From Candidatus Latescibacterota bacterium (GTDB lineage: Bacteria > Latescibacterota > UBA2968 > GCA-2709665): 54,361 nt of DNA. The notes beneath the pieces are model-generated. The model did not search any database, was not told where the DNA came from, and saw only the letters and a program-made list of their open reading frames with translations. Every line of letters begins with the position of its first letter. Positions within the stretch are counted from its first letter, which is position 1. This document shows positions 20,422-29,535 of the stretch, in pieces. A program made the translations under genes and the position numbers. The DNA is taken from the NCBI GenBank assembly GCA_963662665.2, contig CAXXJS010000057.1:1-54361 (forward strand). The letters are read 5' to 3'.

Positions 20422-21286
20422 TCCTCCTCCCTCCATGGTGTTGTTGATTCTCGCCGCCGGAAACGTCTACGCACGATCTGACATACGCCAGATTCTTCAG
20501 TGTGTTGGCCGCCAGCCCGGTGAACCCCCGGTCGGCCACCTCGAACGCGTCCGGACTGATGTCCAGATGCGTCTCCACCACCACAAAGCCATTATATCCG
20601 TCGGCAGAAAGCGCATCCAATTGCCCCGGCCAGTCCACGGTTCCCGCCTCCGCCAACGCCCAGGCGCCCGAGTCAGGGTCGTAATTTTTCACGTGCACGT
20701 GGGTTACCAGGTCTTTCAGGGTCTCATATTCTCCAGGATACGGTGATGCAGTTCCTGCGCGGGCGGAATTACCGGGGTCCCAGCACAACGATATGCGGCC
20801 CACACCCACCTGCCGGACGAGCAGCGCCGCCTCGGCGCCGGTTGCCCCCCAGCAAACCGGTTCGTTCTCCAGCGCCAGACGACATCCCTCCCGTGCCGTG
20901 ACGTCGGCCATCTGCCCCAGCCTGTCCACAACCTCTGCCGGCGGGTGCGGCGCCTCCGTCCGCTGAAAGGCGAAACAGGACACCCGATCGGTACCCCATT
21001 GTCGCGCCCATGCGCACGCACGGGGAAGCGATTGCCGAAGATGTTCATCCACACGGGGATCATCCAGGGGCCCCTTGAAAAAGCCCGGAGACACCCCTGA
21101 GACACCCAGACCCGCGTCGCGGATCCGCGTGTGGAAGGCGGCCAGTTCATCGTCGCTTACGGCAGGAAACCGGCCGCCGGGAAGCTGCCGTACCTCCACG
21201 TGCGAAACACCCCAGTCCGCGGCAAGGGATATTGCGCGGGCCGGATCCTTCCGGTCGATTTCATCCGCAAAAATCGAAATTCTCAC
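20414..21286 (-). CDS. Sugar phosphate isomerase/epimerase (xylose isomerase-like TIM barrel)
   Basis: FADEI, LALENE, CWDPGN, HVHVKN and VVETH metal-binding pattern. Confidence 0.85.
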   Translation of the reverse strand: MRISIFADEIDRKDPARAISLAADWGVSHVEVRQLPGGRFPAVSDDELAAFHTRIRDAGLGVSGVSPGFFKGPLDDPRVDEHLRQSLPRACAWARQWGTDRVSCFAFQRTEAPHPPAEVVDRLGQMADVTAREGCRLALENEPVCWGATGAEAALLVRQVGVGRISLCWDPGNSARAGTASPYPGEYETLKDLVTHVHVKNYDPDSGAWALAEAGTVDWPGQLDALSADGYNGFVVVETHLDISPDAFEVADRGFTGLAANTLKNLAYVRSCVDVSGGENQQHHGGRRNG

Positions 21287-21354
21287 TTTCCGCTCCCTGC
21301 CTTCTTCGCGTAGTGCACCGGATTCCGCCGGTACACCTGTTCACTTCCGTAATC

Positions 21355-22137
21355 TCACGATTTCACGGAACGCAGTCCCGCGATCATCTCCGTCGAAGTG
21401 ACGGAGTACTTTCCGAACATCTCCAGAAACAGAATCGCACCCCGGGTCTGCCACAACCCGTCCTGTGATTCAAACGACTCCATCCCCGTCCCGCAGTCCC
21501 TCAGGATGATAACCTCATATCCGCGTTTGCTCATCTCGACCGTGCCGTAATCCCGGAGCAGTATACACGCGTTGGTGTTGAACCCGAGAAAGAACAGAAA
21601 CAGGAGCCCCTCGCGTTTGCAATATCTGTGCAACTCTTCCCCGTTGTAAATGACGACCTCTCCGTCGTCCACGTGTACCAGTGGATGCATGCGCCGCCTG
21701 GAACGCATTTCGACGATTTCCGGTTCTCTCGGTTCCTCGGGTCTGGCATAGGCAGTATACGCTCCGGACTTGGCTCTAAACTCACGAGGCGGCCACGTTT
21801 TACCCGTTCCGGCCGATTTCGATGGATCGTCGATCAGCCTTACCCAGGCCGGATGACGTTCGGCCAGACCCGGCGCCGGGGCGTGGATCAGCCGCAGTCC
21901 GGCCTTCCGGCAAGCCGCCAGCAGCGGCACGATTCGCGTCTCGACGATCGCGTCCGCCCGCTTTGCCGGTTCCTTCAAGTAATGCTCCTCCCACACGTCC
22001 ACCAGCACGAGCGCGGACCGTGAAAGCGGGACACGCCAGTCCAGATAGGCATAGTCCGTATTCTTCTCCTCCCAGGACACGCCGGGGTCCACGTGCCACC
22101 GGTAATACCTGGGCCTGATATGCAGTTCCTTATCCAT
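21355..22137 (-). CDS. Isochorismatase-like cysteine hydrolase (divergent paralog)
   Basis: SALVLVDVW, IHAP, GFNTNACI..RDYG and ILRDC. Probable start ATG 22137. Confidence 0.75.
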   Translation of the reverse strand: MDKELHIRPRYYRWHVDPGVSWEEKNTDYAYLDWRVPLSRSALVLVDVWEEHYLKEPAKRADAIVETRIVPLLAACRKAGLRLIHAPAPGLAERHPAWVRLIDDPSKSAGTGKTWPPREFRAKSGAYTAYARPEEPREPEIVEMRSRRRMHPLVHVDDGEVVIYNGEELHRYCKREGLLFLFFLGFNTNACILLRDYGTVEMSKRGYEVIILRDCGTGMESFESQDGLWQTRGAILFLEMFGKYSVTSTEMIAGLRSVKS

Positions 22138-22218
22138 AATCGCTCCATCGTTGAAAGACATCTGTCTTCGGGACCTTTCACCTGTCTCGCCCAGGTCCCG
22201 CAAGTCCATCTTCTGTGG

Positions 22219-23022
22219 TTACGAATCCGCGGTCATAGTCATGGTGTCCTTCCCGTCCAGGCCTGCAACCACCGGAAACGACATTTCGGAAGGACCTTTT
22301 TCGCCTGGCACATACCGCACCGACGGCGGGAAGTAAGCATAGAGCGCGGTGTGACGCGGGCGAGGAGAAGGATTCGGGCCGGAACCGTGAACGGTCAATG
22401 AGTGAAACAAGACGGCATCCCCCGCGGCAAGCGAAACGTCGACTCTACTTGAAAGATCCACGTCGTCCCGTTCCGTGGGCGCCTCGTCGGGGCGGCGGGC
22501 GATACGGCCCCAGGACTGCAACCCCCGCGTGTGGCTTCGGGGCAGCACCTGGATACAGCCGTTTTCCGGACTGGAATCGGTCAAGGCAATGCTCACCGTG
22601 ACGAGCGCCGGAGGCTGCATCGGCCAGTACGCCGAATCCTGATGCAACCCGTGCGATGACCCGTGGTAGGCCGGCTTCAGCATCAGCGTGCTGCGAAACA
22701 GGAGCAGATCCGGGCCAAGAAGCGACCCGACGACCCGAATGAGCCCGGGATGCGCGGCCAGATTCCTGAAGACCTCGGAAATGTCTCGGGTTCGCTCGAT
22801 CTTGCGTAATACCGGGAGTCCATTCCTGGTCGCGTTTCCTGCAAAGGGCTCGAGTTGAAAGCGACCACCCGCGGGATCCCCGCGTGCATCCAGTTCGACT
22901 GCCAGCCGATGCAAACGCTCGATCTCCCCCTCGCACGCGGCCACCTCTTCGGCGGAAAGCAGCGCCCGCACCACGAGATAGCCATCTTCCTCGAATCGGA
23001 TTTTCTGATTATCCAGTTTCAT
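22219..23022 (-). CDS. Phytanoyl-CoA dioxygenase (PhyH) family Fe(II)/2-oxoglutarate oxygenase
   Basis: FEEDGYLV, HQDSAYW, ENGCIQVLPRSH, GDAVLFH..TVHGSGPN and R motif. Confidence 0.92.
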   Translation of the reverse strand: MKLDNQKIRFEEDGYLVVRALLSAEEVAACEGEIERLHRLAVELDARGDPAGGRFQLEPFAGNATRNGLPVLRKIERTRDISEVFRNLAAHPGLIRVVGSLLGPDLLLFRSTLMLKPAYHGSSHGLHQDSAYWPMQPPALVTVSIALTDSSPENGCIQVLPRSHTRGLQSWGRIARRPDEAPTERDDVDLSSRVDVSLAAGDAVLFHSLTVHGSGPNPSPRPRHTALYAYFPPSVRYVPGEKGPSEMSFPVVAGLDGKDTMTMTADS

Positions 23023-23063
23023 ATCTGTCCTGTTGACATGACAATGCCATTCGCATCAACAAA

Positions 23064-23092
23064 ACCGTACAAAACAATGCCGCCTCTGTCAA
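23064..23092 (-). promoter_or_regulatory. Putative sigma70 promoter of the phyH-to-arsC operon
   Basis: Minus strand TTGACA (23092-23087), 17-bp spacer, TACGGT (23069-23064). Confidence 0.5.
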
Positions 23093-23293
23093 ACATAAAA
23101 CCGTGAGGCGGACGGAAAGACGGAGATGCGGTAACTCAATTCATTGCGCTGCCAGTCGGTGGGTTACCGGTCAGGTTGCAGAGGATCCCGTTACCTTTCA
23201 GGTTCTGAAACGGCACACTGCGAAAGGCCTGTCCGCAGGCCCATCCGATCGGCCGCTTCCTGAGCCGTCGCGGTCCCATTTCCGTGCCTATCG

Positions 23294-23327
23294 TTGACAT
23301 CAACTGATCCAGTGTGTATATTACACA
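23294..23327 (+). promoter_or_regulatory. hicAB promoter with overlapping inverted-repeat operator
   Basis: TTGACA 23294-23299, 17-bp spacer, TATATT 23317-23322. The inverted repeat TGTGTA-tat-TACACA at 23313-23327 overlaps the -10. Confidence 0.75.
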
Positions 23328-23329
23328 TT

Positions 23330-23524
23330 ATGACGAGTGCCGAGATCATTCGGAAGTTGAAGCAGGATGGTTGGATAATAATAAACACACGGGGAAGCCA
23401 CCATCAGTTCACACATTCACGGAAGCAGGGGCGGGTAACAGTCAAGCATCCGAGCAAGGACATTCCTATCGGGACTTTGCGCAACATCTACAGACAGGCC
23501 AAATGGCAATGGGAGGACCGCTGA
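23330..23524 (+). CDS. hicA: Type II toxin HicA (mRNA interferase)
   Basis: 64 aa: MTSAEIIRKLKQDGW...RGSHHQFTH...GRVTVKHP.KDIPIGTLRNI.RQA. Confidence 0.93.
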   Translation: MTSAEIIRKLKQDGWIIINTRGSHHQFTHSRKQGRVTVKHPSKDIPIGTLRNIYRQAKWQWEDR

Positions 23525-23946
23525 TGCGATTTCCAGTTGCGATTCACAAAGACACAGGTACCGGATACGGCGTCACCGTACCGGATCTCCCGGGCTGCTT
23601 CTCGGCCGGAGATACCCCCGAAGACGCGATTACTTCGGCCCAGGAGGCCATCGCCTGTCACATCGAGGGACTGTTAATGGATGGTGCGCCGATACCCGAA
23701 CAGAAGTCTATCGAGTCGCACCGGGCCCGGGAAGAAAGAGACGCGATCTGGGCACTCGTAGCCGTCGACGTATCCAGACTGTCGAGCGCGGTCCGGAGAA
23801 TCAATATCACAATGCCGGCGCGCGTACTGGCGATTGTTGACGAGGCTGCCTCACGGGAGGGCGAATCGCGTTCGGGGCTGCTTGCGCGGGCGGCCCTCAG
23901 CTATATTCAGCATAGTCCGATCACAATCGAGCAGCCTGAATCCTGA
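23524..23946 (+). CDS. hicB: Type II antitoxin HicB with C-terminal ribbon-helix-helix
   Basis: MRFPVAIHKD..GYGVTVPDLPGCFSAGDT.EDA...AQEAI and C-terminal RINITMP...SRSGLLARAA. TGATG coupling with hicA. Confidence 0.93.
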   Translation: MRFPVAIHKDTGTGYGVTVPDLPGCFSAGDTPEDAITSAQEAIACHIEGLLMDGAPIPEQKSIESHRAREERDAIWALVAVDVSRLSSAVRRINITMPARVLAIVDEAASREGESRSGLLARAALSYIQHSPITIEQPES

Positions 23947-23985
23947 TGCGCAACGAGGATGTCGCCGGTTCTGTTGCAAAAGATC

Positions 23986-26172
23986 TCACCCCGGATTCAG
24001 GGCCAACCAGGACCTGAGCGCCGGCGCCTGTGGATGGGCGGGCGCCAGATCCAGTACTTTCCTGAAATGGCTGCGGGTTTTCTCCACGTCCCCTAACGTA
24101 TGACAGACAACACCCAGGTTATAGTAGGCCTCCACGTAGCGAGGGTCGAGGGTCACGGCTTTCTCATAGGCGGATATGGCCTGTTTATAGTCACGCAGGC
24201 CGTGGTATGCGTTTCCGAGATTGGAATGCGCCCTGGCGTAACCGGGTTTCAATGCAATAGCTTTTCGGTAGGTATTGACCGCCGCGTCGAACCGTCCCGT
24301 TCTATAATACAGATCGCCGACATTGTAGTATGCCGCCACGAACTCCGGCCTCAATCTGATTGCCGTTTCGAAATGCGCGGCCGCCCGATCGTATTCCCTC
24401 AGGCCGTAGCAGGCGTTGCCCATCTGATAGTGGGCTTCTGCGAATTCCGGCTTCAGTGCGATCACCCTCTCGAAATTCGACATCGCAGATTCAAACTTCC
24501 CCGTATCATAGTTTAAATTGCCAAGGTTGAAATAGGCTTCCGAAAAATCCGGCTTCAGTGCGATCACCTTCCGAAAGTATGCCGCGGCTCGATCAAACTG
24601 CTTCATTTCATAGTATAGATTGCCGAGATTGTACAAACCTCCGGCAAATTCCGGATCGACTTCAACGACCTTTTCATATGCCTCGATCGACTGGACGCTC
24701 CTGCCATGATCCCTGTGGTAGACCGCAAGCGTCTCCCATCCGTGCGATCGGGCGTGCGCCGACAGATTTCTCCCTTCCAGATTGCTCGCAAAACGCGCTT
24801 CCGCGGACGACGCGTTGGCATTGACGCCGATCCAGAACAGCGCGTGCAGCGCCGCGGCCGCGCAAATCAGGCCGCCGGTATTCGCCGAAATATACCGGTC
24901 CCGATGCTCACCGACTACCGTAAGCGCCGCCCAGAGCGTAAGAGGCAAAGCAGAAAAAGCAAACGCGTCCCAATCCCTGAAGGCGCCAAGTTCGGGGTTG
25001 GCGACAATGGTAAACAGAACCGGAAACACTGCGGCAATCAGAACAAACTGTCTCTCGGATCCTCGAAACAAACGCCTCCTGCGGCAGAGAATCAGTACCA
25101 GCAGTGAAGAAGGCGCAACGAGGAGATATTGATTCAGAAGATCCACCAGCTTGCCGATTGAAAACATCCGGTAGTGTTGTTTGGGACCGGGTTCCGCAAA
25201 CAGATTCAGGATATAGAATCCCTGTCGCTTCTGCAGGTACGCGATCAGATCGAATTGAATCAGCAGCAGCGCGCCGAAAAAAACCGCTCCGCATAACACC
25301 AGGGTGAGCGCTGCTTTTGCGGTCCTCCGGCCCGGCATCGACGATCCGGACGGTCCAGGCGCCCGCAGGTTCAGTATCGCCAGCGCAATCAGGGAAGGCG
25401 CAAGCGTCATCATCGTTATATGGAGCGCCATCAGGATCCCGAGCAACGCCGCGGGCGCCCATAGCGGCGCCTTGCCCTGGAGTACCTGTATACCCAGGAG
25501 CAGGTAGAGCAGCATAATCGGGAACAGAAACGCGTAATTCTCGACATACGCGAAAAAAAGCTGCATGAAACCGGCCCCGATCAACAGGGCCAGAATCAGA
25601 AATCGCTCCCGTGCATCCTTTCCCAGGACCCTGGCGGCATACCTGACAACAACCAGATAGAGGATTCCGGACACACAACTATATACGCGATACGTGGTCT
25701 CTGCGGAATCCCATCCGGCCCCTCCCGCACGATGGAGCGCCCGGATGAACCAGAACGTCAGCGGCGCGCGATCCGTTCTCGGGACTTCAGACCAGAAATC
25801 ATCCAACTCACGCATCAACGTAATCCCGTCGCCAAGCAGATGCGCAGCGGAACCCATACCCCAGAAAACCACAAATCCACCGAACAATAGCAGAACCCAC
25901 GAAAGAGCGGACCGCCAGCAGTTGTCACCGCGGTCACACCACCCGGTCAGTCCCCATATCCACTGCCCCAGGCGCTGCCGGGCGGCAAGAAACAGCAACG
26001 CCACGCTCAGCAGGACAAAAATCAACCGTGGCCAGGAGTCATGGAACCGCAGGAAATCAACGCCCCAGACAGACACAGGCTGCCAGTACGCGAACAGGAC
26101 ATGCAGGCCCAGGAAGAACCCCGCTATAATGATCGGCTTTCCGGAATCCGTTCGATCTGCAATGCGTCGCAT
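23986..26172 (-). CDS. Polytopic membrane protein (probable GT-C glycosyltransferase) with C-terminal TPR repeats
   Basis: About 12-13 hydrophobic segments with loops HLLGDG, FFAYVENY and RDWD, then about 7 canonical TPRs (AYYNLG..Y...A...F.K.I.L.P). Confidence 0.7.
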   Translation of the reverse strand: MRRIADRTDSGKPIIIAGFFLGLHVLFAYWQPVSVWGVDFLRFHDSWPRLIFVLLSVALLFLAARQRLGQWIWGLTGWCDRGDNCWRSALSWVLLLFGGFVVFWGMGSAAHLLGDGITLMRELDDFWSEVPRTDRAPLTFWFIRALHRAGGAGWDSAETTYRVYSCVSGILYLVVVRYAARVLGKDARERFLILALLIGAGFMQLFFAYVENYAFLFPIMLLYLLLGIQVLQGKAPLWAPAALLGILMALHITMMTLAPSLIALAILNLRAPGPSGSSMPGRRTAKAALTLVLCGAVFFGALLLIQFDLIAYLQKRQGFYILNLFAEPGPKQHYRMFSIGKLVDLLNQYLLVAPSSLLVLILCRRRRLFRGSERQFVLIAAVFPVLFTIVANPELGAFRDWDAFAFSALPLTLWAALTVVGEHRDRYISANTGGLICAAAALHALFWIGVNANASSAEARFASNLEGRNLSAHARSHGWETLAVYHRDHGRSVQSIEAYEKVVEVDPEFAGGLYNLGNLYYEMKQFDRAAAYFRKVIALKPDFSEAYFNLGNLNYDTGKFESAMSNFERVIALKPEFAEAHYQMGNACYGLREYDRAAAHFETAIRLRPEFVAAYYNVGDLYYRTGRFDAAVNTYRKAIALKPGYARAHSNLGNAYHGLRDYKQAISAYEKAVTLDPRYVEAYYNLGVVCHTLGDVEKTRSHFRKVLDLAPAHPQAPALRSWLALNPG

Positions 26173-26209
26173 AACCGTCCGTTCTCAATTCAGTATCCTG
26201 CGGTCCGGC

Positions 26210-28771
26210 TCAGTCGCCATCGGATCCGACCGCCGCGCTTGGCCGAGTCCGGCGCACGATCCTGAGCCCGATCAATACCGCTGCTCCGGCAAGCAGCAAC
26301 ACCACATTGGCGATCAGAAGATAGAAACGCAGCGGCGAAAGCGCCGGCTCCAGTACGATTCGGCTTTCGCCCGGCCCGAGCTTGAGCGCAACAAACCGAC
26401 CGGCTGTTGTGAACGGCCGCGCGTCGTGTCCGTTCACGGTCACTCTCTGATGGGGATAGGCCGTATATGCAAGCCGCGCAAAACATGCAGCACTGACCTG
26501 CACGACCAATTCGACCCGCTGGTTCCACACCCGGTGCGACAAAATCTCCACGCGCGGCGACGTGCCCAGATCTTCCGTGCCGTTTCCGGGCGCCAGAAGA
26601 ATCTGCTCGCATGTCCGGTTCTTAAAATCAACGTCCATGGACTGCAGCAACTTCGAGAAATCGCTCAGTGCGCGGCTCTGCATCCTGCGCGCTTCCCTTT
26701 CATCCACGTCCGACCCGGATCGGGCGCGTGCCCTGTCCAGTTCCCGGACCGGATAGGGCCACCCCGAGATTCTCGACGATACCACAACGGGACTCGCTTC
26801 GGGAAATTCCTCGTGAAAGATGCGGTCCTGTTCCGAGTCGGAATACAGCAAGTGGCGGGTGTTCATGAGGAAGAGCCCGACGCGGATCGTATCGAATCCC
26901 GGCATTTCGTTCAGACCGGCCCCGCGTTCCAGTCGCTGCAACGACATATGAAACACATCCTGAAAACGGCGAACAAAAGCAGGTACCGACAGCGGGTACT
27001 GCGTGAAGGTATCCAGAGGTGTTGACAGGCCCGTATGCAGGGCCAACCAGGGAATGATGAAGTGATAATAGATTCTGTTGGTCGTATGGAACAGCCGATA
27101 ACCGGGAAGTTGTCCGTCGGTATACGCGCCAAGTTCTTCCTGGAACCGTTCGTACACCGGATGATGCTGCACGGGCAGTGGCTTCGCAATCGGCCAGGCG
27201 TTCGGGTCACGCCGCAATTCCTGCAATGCGCGTGGGCCGATTGTCGACTCCACGCCACGGGCACGGTACGGCTGTTGAAAGGTGGTTGGCCCCAGGTCTG
27301 CCAGTACCACAACCAGAACCCAAACGAAGACCCCTACGGGACGTTTCCGGCCAGTTGCGCGCGCGGCCGCAAACAACCCCACCAACACCGCGACGAAGAA
27401 CACCCCGAACAGCAAATAGCGAGAGGCGTTCATCGCCTGCACCACCCCCAGAGACTTGAGCAGGGGCCATCGATAACCGAATACCAGTAGCAGCGACCCG
27501 ATCAGGCAAAGCCCGACCGGCAATCCGGCGGCGCGCAATTCGCTTCGTTCGGTGCGGGCAATCCGGACCAGGCACCACAATGCAATCACAACCAGACTCG
27601 CCCCGATATATCCGCCGTACCAGTGGTCCTGGGCCTGAAAGAGCCTGAACCGGTAGTTGGACCAGAACAGCAGATGCCGCCAGGTGGGCACCGGAAAATC
27701 GGACATATAGAACCCGGCATGAAGTCCCGTCAATCCCCGTTCCACGTACATGGGAACGGTCAGATAGGCGCCCAGCATCACGCCCCCCCCGAACAGCAGC
27801 AAACCGTGTGGGATCGAAAAAGGCGTCTCTTCGCCCCGGGTCAGGCGGCACCTGGCGATTGCGTATAATCCCAGAAATACCGTCGCCCAAAAACCGTACC
27901 CCGGATGGGTAAATGCCAGAAGGCCCAGCGTAACGCCGCCGCCGATGGCCTGAGCCAACCGGTTCGGTTTGTTCCGAAGCCCCTCCCAGAAATAAAATGG
28001 TATTGGCAACAGCGCATAGAACAACGACAGCGGCAGCCTGCCCATTATGAGGACCTGCTGCGTATGCCAGAAACTCAACACGTAGGCAAGCCCCGCCGCG
28101 AATCCGGCCTGACGGGAGCCGGTCAGGCGCCGCACAAAGAGATATGCGCCAAGACCGGATAGCGCGTGGGCGACGCCAAGCACGAACTTGGTCGACCAGA
28201 ACGGTTCCCGGAGCGCCAGATTCACCAGACCGACAAGGTAGTAGAACAGGAAGCCGTAGAACTGGAGGTACGGCGTGCCATTGCAGAAATAGTGGGTCCA
28301 GATCGGGACCTCGCCCCCAGCCATTGACATTGCAGCCAACCAGGCGTAGGCAACGTGCAAATAAGTGTCGGCGCCATGCGCAAACTCCCCTCCGGAAAAA
28401 TAGAAACGAACCAGAATCAGGCACGCCGGAACGAGGAACGCGACCGTTCGTCTTTCACTTGCGAAAATATGCTCGAAAAACACCGACAGCCGCCGCCTGC
28501 GCCACTCCAAGAAGATCAGTGCCACGCCGACCGCAAGAATCAGCAGCAATATTGATACATCAAAGGCATCGATCGCGACGAAACGCCGTATAACCGAGAG
28601 GAAACCCGGAAGACTCTGATAGCGAATCCCCGGGCGGAGAATTCCGAACTTATCCAGCGTCACGTACTGAAATACAATAAGCAGCCCCGCCAGCAACGCC
28701 AGCAGGGCCGACACGTCCACGGGCCATCCGGACCTTTTGCACCCCTCAGGCCGTCTCAATTCGTACTCCAC
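26210..28771 (-). CDS. Polytopic membrane protein, YfhO / PTPS-related GT-C-like family
   Basis: GADTYLH, PIWTHYFCNGTPYLQFYG, many TM helices, YIG motif, and a C-terminal YfhO-like YP...VTVNG...L.LGPGESRI..beta domain plus a final TM. Confidence 0.7.
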   Translation of the reverse strand: MEYELRRPEGCKRSGWPVDVSALLALLAGLLIVFQYVTLDKFGILRPGIRYQSLPGFLSVIRRFVAIDAFDVSILLLILAVGVALIFLEWRRRRLSVFFEHIFASERRTVAFLVPACLILVRFYFSGGEFAHGADTYLHVAYAWLAAMSMAGGEVPIWTHYFCNGTPYLQFYGFLFYYLVGLVNLALREPFWSTKFVLGVAHALSGLGAYLFVRRLTGSRQAGFAAGLAYVLSFWHTQQVLIMGRLPLSLFYALLPIPFYFWEGLRNKPNRLAQAIGGGVTLGLLAFTHPGYGFWATVFLGLYAIARCRLTRGEETPFSIPHGLLLFGGGVMLGAYLTVPMYVERGLTGLHAGFYMSDFPVPTWRHLLFWSNYRFRLFQAQDHWYGGYIGASLVVIALWCLVRIARTERSELRAAGLPVGLCLIGSLLLVFGYRWPLLKSLGVVQAMNASRYLLFGVFFVAVLVGLFAAARATGRKRPVGVFVWVLVVVLADLGPTTFQQPYRARGVESTIGPRALQELRRDPNAWPIAKPLPVQHHPVYERFQEELGAYTDGQLPGYRLFHTTNRIYYHFIIPWLALHTGLSTPLDTFTQYPLSVPAFVRRFQDVFHMSLQRLERGAGLNEMPGFDTIRVGLFLMNTRHLLYSDSEQDRIFHEEFPEASPVVVSSRISGWPYPVRELDRARARSGSDVDEREARRMQSRALSDFSKLLQSMDVDFKNRTCEQILLAPGNGTEDLGTSPRVEILSHRVWNQRVELVVQVSAACFARLAYTAYPHQRVTVNGHDARPFTTAGRFVALKLGPGESRIVLEPALSPLRFYLLIANVVLLLAGAAVLIGLRIVRRTRPSAAVGSDGD

Positions 28772-28844
28772 GTTCTATTCCGGCAGGCTGCCAAGACCGG
28801 CAACCCAACCACAACCGGACGGTAATTGCAGGTGTTGCGTGACG

Positions 28845-29483
28845 TTACTCAAAGGAAATCCCGATTCGAACAGGAAACAGCTGCGTGCTCCCCCGGTCTC
28901 CGGACGTGAATCCAACCTCCAGCCGACCTTCGACAAAGAGATGCGTGCGGTCGGTCAGCCGGACGTCGAGCCCGGCGCCCGCGTTTACCGCAAACCCGGT
29001 TCCGGATTGCCCGGCAACATGAAATACTTCGTTGCCAATCTCTACAACCTCGATATCGGCTTCGGAATAGGACAGAATCCCAATGCCGGCAACCGCGTAC
29101 GGCACCGTCCGTACGTCCAGATCGTCAGAATCGATCGTCTTTGTATACTTCAGGCTGGCAAACGCGCCAAACAGGTTCTTTCCCCCGCCGCTGGTTCCGG
29201 TTACCACCTCGAGCGCTTCGTTTTCCGCCTTGAATTTACCCTCGTTAAACGGGAATCGGGCGTAACTGAACCTACCCTGAACGGCCAGGCTGGGGTGAAT
29301 GAAAAACTCGGCGCCAGCGCCCACGCCGATTCCGGGATACCAGAATTCCGTAAGGGAAATGGATGCCGGCGCGGCAACTCCCGCGGTAATGAAGTAAACC
29401 GGCTTCCGCTGCGCCCCGGCGTCGCCCGCCCATCCGCCGGTCAACAACTGTACTGCAACAAAAACAGACAACACTCTCATCAT
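28845..29483 (-). CDS. Small outer-membrane beta-barrel protein (OmpA/OmpW-like)
   Basis: Signal peptide ending AGA-Q, alternating beta strands (PYAVAGIG, FAVNAGAGLDV, LFVEGR) and C-terminal VRIGISF. Start ATG 29483 behind GGAG. Confidence 0.8.
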   Translation of the reverse strand: MMRVLSVFVAVQLLTGGWAGDAGAQRKPVYFITAGVAAPASISLTEFWYPGIGVGAGAEFFIHPSLAVQGRFSYARFPFNEGKFKAENEALEVVTGTSGGGKNLFGAFASLKYTKTIDSDDLDVRTVPYAVAGIGILSYSEADIEVVEIGNEVFHVAGQSGTGFAVNAGAGLDVRLTDRTHLFVEGRLEVGFTSGDRGSTQLFPVRIGISFE

Positions 29484-29535
29484 ATCAGATCTCCTCTCTC
29501 GCGGCGAGTATAACATAACCGCGACTACGTCACGG

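Noticed and set aside
26210-28771. Pterin biosynthesis suggested by the PTPS-related family name
   Set aside because: The protein is a polytopic membrane protein with no T-fold PTPS motifs; the name is only a family label.
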